Part shown: positions 9,252 through 17,417 of the stretch, piece after piece
How positions within the stretch are numbered: the first letter of the stretch is position 1
Layout: every line of letters begins with the position of its first letter
Source of the DNA: Gammaproteobacteria bacterium
Lineage (GTDB): Bacteria; Pseudomonadota; Gammaproteobacteria; Natronospirales; JAJUFS01
Assembly: GCA_033720815.1 (NCBI GenBank)
Contig: JAWWBT010000001.1
Span: 4,168-68,167 of the forward strand
Direction: 5' to 3'
DNA length: 64,000 bases
Notes under the pieces: generated by a model
Told to the model about the DNA's origin: nothing
The model's input: only the letters and a program-made list of their open reading frames with translations
Database searches by the model: none
Program-made: the position numbers and the translations under genes

Positions 9252-9279
9252 TGTCAATAATTTGTACAGTTCTTGTACA
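9252..9279. promoter_or_regulatory. Candidate operator: three 11-bp-phased hexamers TGTCAA / TGTACA / TGTACA
   Basis: The hexamers start at 9252, 9263 and 9274 (exact 11-bp period), 11-38 nt upstream of the oxidoreductase ATG (9241, minus strand). Confidence 0.5.
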
Positions 9280-9313
9280 ATAATAGCTCACTATAAAGCA
9301 AGATATATTCACG

Positions 9314-9337
9314 CATGTACAAGTTTTCTTGTACATG
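9314..9337. promoter_or_regulatory. Candidate operator: perfect inverted repeat CATGTACAAG-N4-CTTGTACATG
   Basis: The 10-bp arms at 9314-9323 and 9328-9337 contain two more TGTACA hexamers (9316, 9330). It lies in the same intergenic region as the direct repeats. Confidence 0.5.
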
Positions 9338-9339
9338 CA

Positions 9340-9374
9340 GCGCCATACCTGCTGCGACGCAACAGGCATGGCGC
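9340..9374 (-). other. Long imperfect hairpin (13 of 15 bp stem, 5-nt loop) downstream of the reductase gene
   Basis: GCGCCATACCTGCTG-cgacg-CAACAGGCATGGCGC. There is no U-tract on the minus strand. It could be a terminator, an RNA-stability element or a protein-binding dyad. Confidence 0.3.
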
Positions 9375-9433
9375 AAGACAGGGAACGCGGGAATTCGAGG
9401 TCTGGCGGCTGGTTGCGGCGCCGGGGATGGTGA

Positions 9434-10405
9434 CTACCGACCCGGCGAGACAGCCGGTGAAGCGAATTCGTCAAAGTGAATGTCGCGGGCAGACGCGCCG
9501 GAAAGAAAGATGCGCTGGCGTAACCGCCCGACCACGCCCGGCGCTCCACACAACATGACCTTGAATCCGGCGAGGTCAGGAAGGTCCTCGAACAACCGTT
9601 TCTCTACCGACGTTTCACCGCTGCGATCGCGGCCCACGCAGGGTGTGTAGCGAACACCCTGAAATTCCATGGCGATGGTGCTGAGAAATTCATCGAATAC
9701 GAGGTCCGCCGACTCTCGAACACCGTGGTAGATGCTGACGGGCCCGACCTGGCCGCTGCGCAAGGCATCGCGCAATACACCGGTGAGGGGCGCCATGCCG
9801 ACGCCCGACCCGACCAGCAACAAGGGCTGTTCGCACCCATCGGCGTGAAAGAAGCAGTCTCCGGCAGGGCCCCGGAAGCTCAGCATTTCTCCGCGACACA
9901 GGTCATTGGCCAGCCAGTGACTCATGTACCCATCCGGCAGGATCCGCACATAACACTCGAGCCAGTCGTCTTCCCCTGGCAGGCTGGTCAGCGAATAGGC
10001 ACGGCCCACCGACTCGTCACGCCAGATCGAAATGTACTGTCCGGCCCGGTAATCGAATCCTTCCGGCCGCTCGAATCTCAATCGCAGGATATCGTGCGAT
10101 ACGCGTACGCTTGAAATGACAGTCGCTGACCATTTCAGCGTGTCATGATCCGGCCGGACACACGTGATATCTGCCCCGGACCGTGCCTGGCAGGCCAGGA
10201 AGTGCCCGCTGAGCCTCAAGCCCTCTGAAAGTCCCGCCTGCGCTTCTGCAGGAGGCGTACCCTCGACAGCCCGCACCATGCACGTCTGGCAGTTGCCGCT
10301 CCGGCAACCGAAAGACAGCCACTCCCCGGCCGCATGAATGGCATCGAGCACCGACTCCCCACCGTTTACGGGGATTTCCTTGCCTTCGAAGACCAACCGT
10401 CTCAT
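9434..10405 (-). CDS. [2Fe-2S] ferredoxin / FAD / NAD(P)H oxidoreductase (BenC/MmoC-type domain order)
   Basis: Track ORF of 323 aa with N-terminal CRSGNCQTC...FLACQ (Cx4Cx2C...C), RAYSLTS (RxYS FAD site) and GSGVGMAPL (nucleotide-binding motif). Its start is 1 nt from the globin stop. Confidence 0.85.
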   Translation of the reverse strand: MRRLVFEGKEIPVNGGESVLDAIHAAGEWLSFGCRSGNCQTCMVRAVEGTPPAEAQAGLSEGLRLSGHFLACQARSGADITCVRPDHDTLKWSATVISSVRVSHDILRLRFERPEGFDYRAGQYISIWRDESVGRAYSLTSLPGEDDWLECYVRILPDGYMSHWLANDLCRGEMLSFRGPAGDCFFHADGCEQPLLLVGSGVGMAPLTGVLRDALRSGQVGPVSIYHGVRESADLVFDEFLSTIAMEFQGVRYTPCVGRDRSGETSVEKRLFEDLPDLAGFKVMLCGAPGVVGRLRQRIFLSGASARDIHFDEFASPAVSPGR

Positions 10406-10406
10406 G

Positions 10407-10775
10407 TCAGAGATTCAGCACGTCGTCGTGAACGGAAAGAGCGATCGCCTTCACTTCGGCAATATCCTCATTCGCCACGCCGAGTTCCGCACAGGTATCG
10501 AGCAGGTGCTCAACCACCGCCACGAAGTGGGCTTCTGCCATGCCCTGTTCCACGAATCGCTTGTGGGCATCCCGCAGGGCGCGCCCGTCATAGTGGTTCG
10601 GTCCGCCAAACGCCATGGTCAGGAAGGCACGTTGCCGTGCCACCTGGCGTTGCATGTCGGTGAATTCGAAAAACGGTGCCAGCAACGGGTCACTGAGCAC
10701 CTTGCGGTAGAAGATATCGACGGCCTGCTCGACGGCCACCTGGCCGCCGATGCGTTCATAAAGGGACTGGGTCAT
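10407..10775 (-). CDS. glbN: Group I truncated (2-on-2) haemoglobin
   Basis: Track ORF of 122 aa. MTQSLYERIGGQVAVEQAVDIFYRKVLSDPLLAPFF...AHKRF... matches the trHbN pattern (conserved GG, B-helix F-Y, proximal His in HKRF). Confidence 0.8.
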   Translation of the reverse strand: MTQSLYERIGGQVAVEQAVDIFYRKVLSDPLLAPFFEFTDMQRQVARQRAFLTMAFGGPNHYDGRALRDAHKRFVEQGMAEAHFVAVVEHLLDTCAELGVANEDIAEVKAIALSVHDDVLNL

Positions 10776-10923
10776 CCGGATGCCTCGTCACGTGTAAGTG
10801 TCGAGGCAAATTAGCGAGCAATATTTCCCGGAACCATCGGGGATGACCGGAGTTCAACTTCCGGCCGAGTGAAAGGATTTCCTCTACAGGGTGGAATATC
10901 GCCTTGCGAATAATTCCAGTACT

Positions 10924-11589
10924 TCAGCCCGCATCGGCGCTGGCAGCAGTACCCGCTCCCTGTTGCTCGAGCAGCGGCTGCAGGCCGGGCCAGACGTAGT
11001 CGAGCATCAGTGGTTGCGCATCCGCATTGGGGTGCACGCCATCGTCCTGCATCAGTTCGGGATTCAGGGCAACTTCCTCGCGGACGAAGTGAACCATTGG
11101 AACTTGCTCGGCTTCCGCGAGGTCACTGTAGAGTTGGCGAAAATCGCGGGTATAGTCGGGGCCGTAGTTTGCGGGCAGGCGGATCCCCAGCAACAGCACA
11201 TCTGCACCGGCCTCCCGGCTCATCGCGATCATCTGCTCGAGGTTGCCACGCAGCTCCGCAAGCGGCAGGCCTCGCAGGCCATCATTGCCGCCGATCTCGA
11301 TGATGACGATGTCGGGATCATGAACATCAAGTGCCCGCGGCAGCCGGGCCAGCGCGCCGCGACTGGTGTCGCCACTGATGCTGGCATTGACGACATCGTA
11401 GCCGCGCTCGTTTTCCGCCAATCGGTCCTCCAGCAGCTTGACCCACGACTCGCCCGGTCGCAGGCCGTAGCCTGCGCTGAGCGAGTCGCCGACCACGAGG
11501 ATGGTAGGCTGCTCTTCAGCAGCAAGAGCCGAAGCTGGCAAGGCAACGACGAACAGTAACCACACCCACTGGAAAAGGAATCGCTTCAT
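10924..11589 (-). CDS. tesA: SGNH/GDSL arylesterase, acyl-CoA thioesterase I / lysophospholipase L1
   Basis: Signal peptide plus GDSLSAGYG (block I), GGNDGLRG (block III) and DGVHPN (block V). It is divergent from ybbA, as in enterobacteria. Confidence 0.85.
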   Translation of the reverse strand: MKRFLFQWVWLLFVVALPASALAAEEQPTILVVGDSLSAGYGLRPGESWVKLLEDRLAENERGYDVVNASISGDTSRGALARLPRALDVHDPDIVIIEIGGNDGLRGLPLAELRGNLEQMIAMSREAGADVLLLGIRLPANYGPDYTRDFRQLYSDLAEAEQVPMVHFVREEVALNPELMQDDGVHPNADAQPLMLDYVWPGLQPLLEQQGAGTAASADAG

Positions 11590-12274
11590 GACATCTCCGG
11601 CCGATCAGATCCTGATGGTAGACACGCTGGGCAAGCAGGTTAGCAGCCCTGAGGGAAATCTGACCATTCTCGACGGCGTGAGTTTCACCGTGGCACGCGG
11701 CGAGTCGGTCGCGATTGTCGGTGCATCCGGTTCCGGCAAGTCGACCCTCCTCGGGCTGATGGCCGGCCTGGACGTGCCGAGCTCGGGCGATGTCAGCATC
11801 GCCGGGCAGGCACTGGGCGAGCTGGACGAGGATGGCCGCGCCGCGCTGCGTGCAGACCGGGTCGGTTTCGTGTTCCAGTCCTTCCACCTGCTGCCGGCGC
11901 TTACGGCGCTGGAAAACGTGATGCTCCCGCTGGAACTGGCCGAGGCGGCCAACCCGCGCCAGCGGGCCGAAAAGGTCCTGGAAGAAGTCGGCCTCGGCGA
12001 GCGCACCGGGCACTACCCGAACCAGCTTTCCGGCGGTGAACAGCAGCGCGTGGCCATTGCCCGCGCCTTCGCCACCGAGCCGGAAATCCTTTTTGCGGAC
12101 GAGCCGACCGGCAGCCTCGACACGCGCACGGGCGACACCATCATTGACCTGCTGTTCGACCTGAACCGCAGTCGCGGCACGACGCTGGTACTGGTGACAC
12201 ATGACGACCGCCTTGCCGATCGCTGCGACCGCGTGCTGAGCCTTGATGCGGGCCGCCTGGAGACCGCCGCATGA
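11588..12274 (+). CDS. ybbA: ABC transporter ATP-binding protein YbbA
   Basis: The track ORF is trimmed to the ATG at 11588 (an alternative ATG lies at 11615). Motifs: Walker A GASGSGKST, signature LSGGEQQRVAIARA, Walker B LFADEPTGSLD. The stop overlaps the ybbP start (ATGA). Confidence 0.8.
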   Translation: MTSPADQILMVDTLGKQVSSPEGNLTILDGVSFTVARGESVAIVGASGSGKSTLLGLMAGLDVPSSGDVSIAGQALGELDEDGRAALRADRVGFVFQSFHLLPALTALENVMLPLELAEAANPRQRAEKVLEEVGLGERTGHYPNQLSGGEQQRVAIARAFATEPEILFADEPTGSLDTRTGDTIIDLLFDLNRSRGTTLVLVTHDDRLADRCDRVLSLDAGRLETAA

Positions 12275-14760
12275 ATACCCTGCTGCTTGCCCTGCGCCAG
12301 TTGCGGCGCGAATGGCGCTCCGGCGAACTGGCTGTATTGATTGCCGCACTGGTGGTTGCCGTTGCCGCACTGAGCTCGGTCGGGTTCTTTACCGATCGCG
12401 TGCGCACGCTGGTCGAACAGCGTGCCGGGGAATCACTGGCCGCCGACCTTGTGGTCAGTTCGCGCAATGAAATTCCGGAAGAATACGCGGCCCTGGCGAT
12501 GGACAACGGCCTTGACGTCGCGCGCACCCTGACCTTCCCCAGCGTGGTACGCACCGATGAGCGCAGCCAGCTTGCCGAAATCCGCGCCGCGACCGCGAAA
12601 TACCCCTTGCGCGGCAAGCTGAGAGTGTCGGACGAAGCCTACGGCGCCGTGCGCCAGGTCGACGGACTGCCGCCGAACGGCGAAGCCTGGGTCGAACCGC
12701 GCCTGCTGGGCGCGCTGGGCATTCGTGTCGGTGACACCGTGAGCGTCGGTCGCAAGACCTTCACCGTCACGCAGGTACTGGATTACGTACCGGACCAGGG
12801 ATTCAGCTTCGCCGAAATTGCCCCGATGCTGCTGGTCCCGCGCGGAGCGCTGGAAGGTTCCGGCCTGCTGGGCCCTGCCAGTCGCGTCAATCACCGGCTG
12901 CTGATGTCCGGTAACCAGGATGCCGTCGCCACGGTGAAGTCGACACTGGAAGACCGCCTGGAATCCGGCCAGCGACTGCTCGATATCCGTGACGGTCGAC
13001 CGGAAATGGCCCGCGCCGTCGAACGCGCCGACCGCTTCCTCAACCTCGCCGCGCTGGTCGCGGTATTGCTGGCCGGCATCGCGATCGCGATGGCGGCTCG
13101 CCGCTATGCCGAGCGCGAAACCGATACCGTTGCCATCATGAAATGCCTCGGCTCGTCGCGCCGTGGCGTACTGCTCGCCTACCTCGCGCAGTTGCTGATC
13201 CTTGCCGTCGGTGCCGGCGCGCTTGGCCTCGCCATCGGCTATGGGGCACAGGAAGTCCTGGTGTACCTGCTGCGCGACTGGGTCGGCCAGGACCTGCCGG
13301 CCGCCGGGCCGGATTCCGCCCCGATGTCGCTGGCGCTCGGGCTCATCATCCTTGCCGGCTTCGGCATGCCGCCGGTGCTCGCACTGTCGCGCACAGCGCC
13401 CATTCGCGTGCTGCGACGTGACCTGGGCGGTGCGCCCGTTTCCAGCCGTGTCATTTACTTCGTCGCAATCCTGTCCGTGGCTGCACTGCTGATCGTGCAG
13501 ACCGGCGACCTGGAACTCTCGGGTTATGTGCTTGGCGCTACGGCGGGCGGTGCCGTGCTGCTGGCGGCGGGTGCCGCGGCGCTGATCTTCGGCCTGGGGC
13601 GGCTGCGCTCAGGTGTCGGCGTGGCGTGGCGGTTCGGCGTCGCCAGCATCGTGCGCCGTGGCCGCAACAGCATCATCCAGGTCGTGGCATTCGGCCTGGG
13701 CCTGCTGGTGCTGCTGTTGCTCGCGGTGGTACGGACCGACCTGCTTGAGAGCTGGCAGGCGATGCTGCCCGAGAAGGCCCCGAACCATTTCCTGATCAAT
13801 ATCCAGCCGGACCAGACGGATGGCGTGAAGCAATTCTTCACCGACAACGGCCTGGAAGAACCGCAACTCCAGGGCATGGTACGTGCACGACTGACGCACA
13901 TCGACGGGACCTCGCTGGAAGAGATCGATTTCGAGCCGGAAGGCATGTCCCGCCGCTTTGCCGAGCGCGAGCAGAACCTTTCCTGGGGCTCGGAACTCGC
14001 CGGCACCAATTCCATCGTCGCCGGGGAATGGTATTCCGAGGAGGACCACGGCAAGCCGCTGGTGTCCCTGGAAGAGGAAGCGGCGGAACGACTCGGGGTC
14101 GGGCTCGGTGCGAAACTTACCTACAACATCGCGGGCGAGGAACTGGTCGCAACCGTCGACAATATCCGTCACATCGACTGGGATTCCTTCCAGCCGAATT
14201 TCTTCATGAAGTTCCCGCCCGGAGTGATGGAGGTCTATCCGGCCACGTATATCACCAGCCTCTACCTGCCCGATGAAAAGGCACCGTTATTGCTGGACCT
14301 GGTCCAGGAGTATCCCAGTGTCACGGTCATCGATCTCGACGCGATCATTGCGCAGGTACGTGACGTGATGGACCAGGCGGCGCTCGCCGTCGAATACGTA
14401 TTCCTGTTCACGCTGGTGGCCGGTGTACTCGTCCTGCTTGCTGCGGTGCAGGCCTCACGTGACGAGCGACGCTTCGAATCGGCCATGCTGCGCACGCTGG
14501 GCGCCTCGAAGCGCACCGTGTTTGCCGGTGTCACCGCGGAATTCTTCCTGCTCGGGCTGCTCTCGTCGCTGCTCGCAGTGATCGGCTCGGCCGGTGCGGG
14601 CTGGGCCCTGGCAACCCAGGTGTTCGAGCTGGAATTCCGGCCAAGCATGGAACTCTGGCTCATTGGCCTGGTCCTTGGCACACTGTGGGTTGGAGCGACA
14701 GGCGTGCTGGCCACGAGAAAGGTCGTGAAACAGCCGCCACTAATGACACTGAGAAAATGA
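12271..14760 (+). CDS. ybbP: ABC transporter permease YbbP (duplicated FtsX-type module)
   Basis: Track ORF of 829 aa with two FtsX-like 4-TM blocks separated by soluble regions. It is coupled to ybbA. Confidence 0.8.
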   Translation: MNTLLLALRQLRREWRSGELAVLIAALVVAVAALSSVGFFTDRVRTLVEQRAGESLAADLVVSSRNEIPEEYAALAMDNGLDVARTLTFPSVVRTDERSQLAEIRAATAKYPLRGKLRVSDEAYGAVRQVDGLPPNGEAWVEPRLLGALGIRVGDTVSVGRKTFTVTQVLDYVPDQGFSFAEIAPMLLVPRGALEGSGLLGPASRVNHRLLMSGNQDAVATVKSTLEDRLESGQRLLDIRDGRPEMARAVERADRFLNLAALVAVLLAGIAIAMAARRYAERETDTVAIMKCLGSSRRGVLLAYLAQLLILAVGAGALGLAIGYGAQEVLVYLLRDWVGQDLPAAGPDSAPMSLALGLIILAGFGMPPVLALSRTAPIRVLRRDLGGAPVSSRVIYFVAILSVAALLIVQTGDLELSGYVLGATAGGAVLLAAGAAALIFGLGRLRSGVGVAWRFGVASIVRRGRNSIIQVVAFGLGLLVLLLLAVVRTDLLESWQAMLPEKAPNHFLINIQPDQTDGVKQFFTDNGLEEPQLQGMVRARLTHIDGTSLEEIDFEPEGMSRRFAEREQNLSWGSELAGTNSIVAGEWYSEEDHGKPLVSLEEEAAERLGVGLGAKLTYNIAGEELVATVDNIRHIDWDSFQPNFFMKFPPGVMEVYPATYITSLYLPDEKAPLLLDLVQEYPSVTVIDLDAIIAQVRDVMDQAALAVEYVFLFTLVAGVLVLLAAVQASRDERRFESAMLRTLGASKRTVFAGVTAEFFLLGLLSSLLAVIGSAGAGWALATQVFELEFRPSMELWLIGLVLGTLWVGATGVLATRKVVKQPPLMTLRK

Positions 14761-15233
14761 ACGCCCACCGCCATCCTACGCAACGCCGCAACCGGCGCCG
14801 CCGCCTCAGCGCGGGCGCCATCATTGTGCGGCGTAGCGAGAATGGCCTGCTGTTCCTGCTGCTGCGCGCCTTCCGCCACTGGGATTTCCCGAAAGGAATG
14901 GTGGAAGAAGGCGAAACGCCGCTGGAAGGTGCCTGCCGCGAAGTCGAAGAAGAAACCGGCATCGACCAGCTCGACTTCCGCTGGGGCGAGGAATTCTACG
15001 AGAGCCCGCCGTACAACCGCGGCAAGGTTGCACGCTACTACCTTGCGGAAACCGCCCAGGCCGACGTGGAACTGAAACCGAACCCGGAAACAGGCCGCAC
15101 CGAGCACGTCGAATGGGACTGGGTCAGCTTCGAACAGGCGTGGCACCTGACATCACCGCGGGTGCAGAAGGCGCTGGAGTGGGCGGCGCGGATCCTCGAC
15201 CTGGATGCCGAAGGCCAACCGCAATCGGACTAG
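14757..15233 (+). CDS. NUDIX hydrolase (Ap4A-hydrolase-like)
   Basis: The track ORF is trimmed to the ATG at 14757, which overlaps the ybbP stop (ATGA). Nudix box GMVEEGETPLEGACREVEEETGI. Confidence 0.8.
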   Translation: MNAHRHPTQRRNRRRRLSAGAIIVRRSENGLLFLLLRAFRHWDFPKGMVEEGETPLEGACREVEEETGIDQLDFRWGEEFYESPPYNRGKVARYYLAETAQADVELKPNPETGRTEHVEWDWVSFEQAWHLTSPRVQKALEWAARILDLDAEGQPQSD

Positions 15234-15246
15234 CCAGCGAGGCCGA

Positions 15247-16704
15247 TCAATCGTTCCGCTTCTTCAGTTCCTTCAATGCCGCCAGGGCATCTTCCCTGCT
15301 CTGCCTGTAGTCCACGACCGGGTCCGGGTAATCCCTCCCCGGCTTGAAGCCCTTTGCGCGCTGGACCTCCGCAGGCGTTTCCCAGGGCTGGAAGAGGTAT
15401 TTCTCCGGCAAGGCTGCGAGTTCCGGAACGTACTTCCGGATGTACGCGGCAGTATCGAATTTCTCTGCCTGCGTCATCGGGTTGAAGATGCGGAAATACG
15501 GTGCAGCATCCGCACCGCAACCCGCGGCCCATTGCCAACCCATCGTGTTGTTCGCGAGATCGGCATCGACCAGCGTATCCCAGAACCAGCGCGCACCTTC
15601 CTGCCACGGAATACGCAGGTTCTTGACCAGCAGTGACGCAACGATCATGCGCACGCGGTTGTGCATCCAGCCTTCCTGCCAGAGCTGGCGCATCCCGGCA
15701 TCGACGATCGGGTAACCCGTTTCGCCATGTTGCCAGGCTTGCAGCAAGGCGGCGTAATCCTCGCGCCACGGAAAATTCGCGTATTTCGGGTACATCGGCT
15801 CGTCGGGCGTATGCGGAAAGTGAAACAGCACATGATGTGCAAACTCGCGCCAACCCAGTTCGCGCAGGAAGGATGCGGCACCCCGTCGGGTACCGGGCTC
15901 GGCCTGCATTTCGTTGTTGGTCGCAGCCCAGACCTGTCGCGGGGAAATCTCGCCGAAATGCAGGTAGGGCGACAGCCGTGAGACGTCATCACGCGAAGGA
16001 TAATCCCGCCCTTCCTTGTATGCCTTCACCGGTTCGTCAAGAAAGGCGCTCAGACGTTCGTGCGCACCGGCTTCGCCGGGTGCCCACGTTTCCGCGATAC
16101 CACTCGTCCAATCGATTTGTGGCAAAAGGTCGAGTTCGCGCACGCGCAAGCGCTGCGGCCATGAAGACGGCGCGGGAATGTCGCGGGGCGCGGGCAGCGG
16201 CTGGTCGACTTCGAGTGTCGGTTCGAGTGATTTCCAGAAGGGTGTGAAGACGCGATACGGCTGACCCTGCTTCGTCATGTGACGCGTCGGTTCATGCAGC
16301 AGGCAACCCGCATGGCTGACGGCGAGCACACCTTCCTCACCCAGCACCTTCTTCACCTTTGCATCGCGCGCCACGACATGCGGTTCATAGAGGCGGTTCC
16401 AGTGCACGGCTTCCGCGCCCGTTTCCTCGATGAGCATGCGCAACTCCTGCAGGGAATCACTGGCGCGACGAATGACGAGATTCGAACCGCGTTCGCGCAA
16501 GTCCTGTTTCAGCGCGCGCAGGCTGTGATGCAGCCACCATCGCGACGCGGCACCGGGCTGCCAGTCAGCGCCATTGATGTGATCTTCTTCCGGCGCATGA
16601 ATATAGACCGGCACGACGGTATCCGCGGCGTCGAGCGCGGCACGCAGCGCACTGTTGTCAGCGAGGCGGAAATCGCGGCGGAACCAGGCGATGGCAACCG
16701 TCAT
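15247..16704 (-). CDS. phrB: Deoxyribodipyrimidine photolyase
   Basis: The track ORF is trimmed to the ATG at 16704 (MTVAIAWFRRDFRLADNSAL). C-terminal FAD-binding motifs: TSRLSPYLHFGEISPRQ, GWMHNRVRMIVASLLVKNL, DADLANNTMGWQWAAG. Confidence 0.9.
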   Translation of the reverse strand: MTVAIAWFRRDFRLADNSALRAALDAADTVVPVYIHAPEEDHINGADWQPGAASRWWLHHSLRALKQDLRERGSNLVIRRASDSLQELRMLIEETGAEAVHWNRLYEPHVVARDAKVKKVLGEEGVLAVSHAGCLLHEPTRHMTKQGQPYRVFTPFWKSLEPTLEVDQPLPAPRDIPAPSSWPQRLRVRELDLLPQIDWTSGIAETWAPGEAGAHERLSAFLDEPVKAYKEGRDYPSRDDVSRLSPYLHFGEISPRQVWAATNNEMQAEPGTRRGAASFLRELGWREFAHHVLFHFPHTPDEPMYPKYANFPWREDYAALLQAWQHGETGYPIVDAGMRQLWQEGWMHNRVRMIVASLLVKNLRIPWQEGARWFWDTLVDADLANNTMGWQWAAGCGADAAPYFRIFNPMTQAEKFDTAAYIRKYVPELAALPEKYLFQPWETPAEVQRAKGFKPGRDYPDPVVDYRQSREDALAALKELKKRND

Positions 16705-16779
16705 GGAGTGAACCCTGTCATTACAGCAGCGGGGTATCGAGTGTATGGTAGGCAAACCTGTCGCAACAACGTGAACAAC

Positions 16780-17397
16780 ATGAAACTCGGCGCGTTAAGC
16801 AAAATCTTCTTCACCGGCCTTGCCGCGGTATTGCCTGTCCTGGTCAGCGTATGGTTCGTCTGGTGGCTGGGTTCGACATTCGAAAGCGTACTGGGCGGCA
16901 TGTTCAAGCTGGTGCTGCCGGAAAAGTATTACCTGCCCGGTCTTGGCACCGCACTCGGCATCGTGATCATCTTCTTCATCGGGCTGCTCACCAAGGCCTG
17001 GCTGTTCCGCAAGATCTTCGAGTGGTGGGACGGCCTCTTCAACCGCATTCCGCTGGTCAAGACGGTTTACGGCGCGATGCGCGACTTCATGCGTTTCTTT
17101 TCCGGCAATGCAGGTGGGCAGTTCAACCGCGTCGTCCTGGTGGAATTCGAATCGCCGAAATGCAAGTTGATGGGTTTCGTGACGCGTGAAGACTTCTCGG
17201 CGTTACCGGACCTTGATGGCAATGATGAAGTCGCCGTGTATTTCCCGATGAGTTACCAGATCGGGGGCTACACGTTGTTCCTGCCCAAGTCGCGCCTGCA
17301 GGCGATCGACATGCCGATGGAAGATGCGATGCGATTCGTTGTGACCGCCGGCCTTTCCGGCGTCAGCAAGGACAAGGTCAAGAACAGCGACGAATAA
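16780..17397 (+). CDS. DUF502 family membrane protein
   Basis: The real start is the ATG at 16780 (MKLGALSKIFFTGLAAVLPVLVSVWFVWW). The 5' 500 nt of track ORF 16279..17397 is antisense to phrB. Confidence 0.7.
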   Translation: MKLGALSKIFFTGLAAVLPVLVSVWFVWWLGSTFESVLGGMFKLVLPEKYYLPGLGTALGIVIIFFIGLLTKAWLFRKIFEWWDGLFNRIPLVKTVYGAMRDFMRFFSGNAGGQFNRVVLVEFESPKCKLMGFVTREDFSALPDLDGNDEVAVYFPMSYQIGGYTLFLPKSRLQAIDMPMEDAMRFVVTAGLSGVSKDKVKNSDE

Positions 17398-17417
17398 CGT
17401 CGTTGTGGAAACCGGGT

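Noticed and set aside
9252-9257. A perfect TTGACA on the minus strand that could be the -35 of the oxidoreductase operon.
   Set aside because: It is only 10 nt from the ATG at 9241, so the matching -10 (GGGAAT) would fall inside the coding sequence and is poor. It is more likely the third phased repeat of the operator.
10776-10923. A search for an NsrR-, FNR- or NorR-type site upstream of the truncated haemoglobin gene.
   Set aside because: Only weak partial matches were found (for example TTGAActccGGTCA) and no credible dyad, so no regulatory call is made.
16279-16779. 5' extension of track ORF 16279..17397. There are similar upstream extensions of ORFs 18796, 43707..44456, 40134..41660, 48904..49851, 50168..50770, 55020..55844, 59182 and 62362.
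   Set aside because: The extensions overlap neighbouring genes or promoter regions and lack family similarity. Internal starts give proper signal peptides or N-termini and have Shine-Dalgarno sequences or stop/start overlaps.
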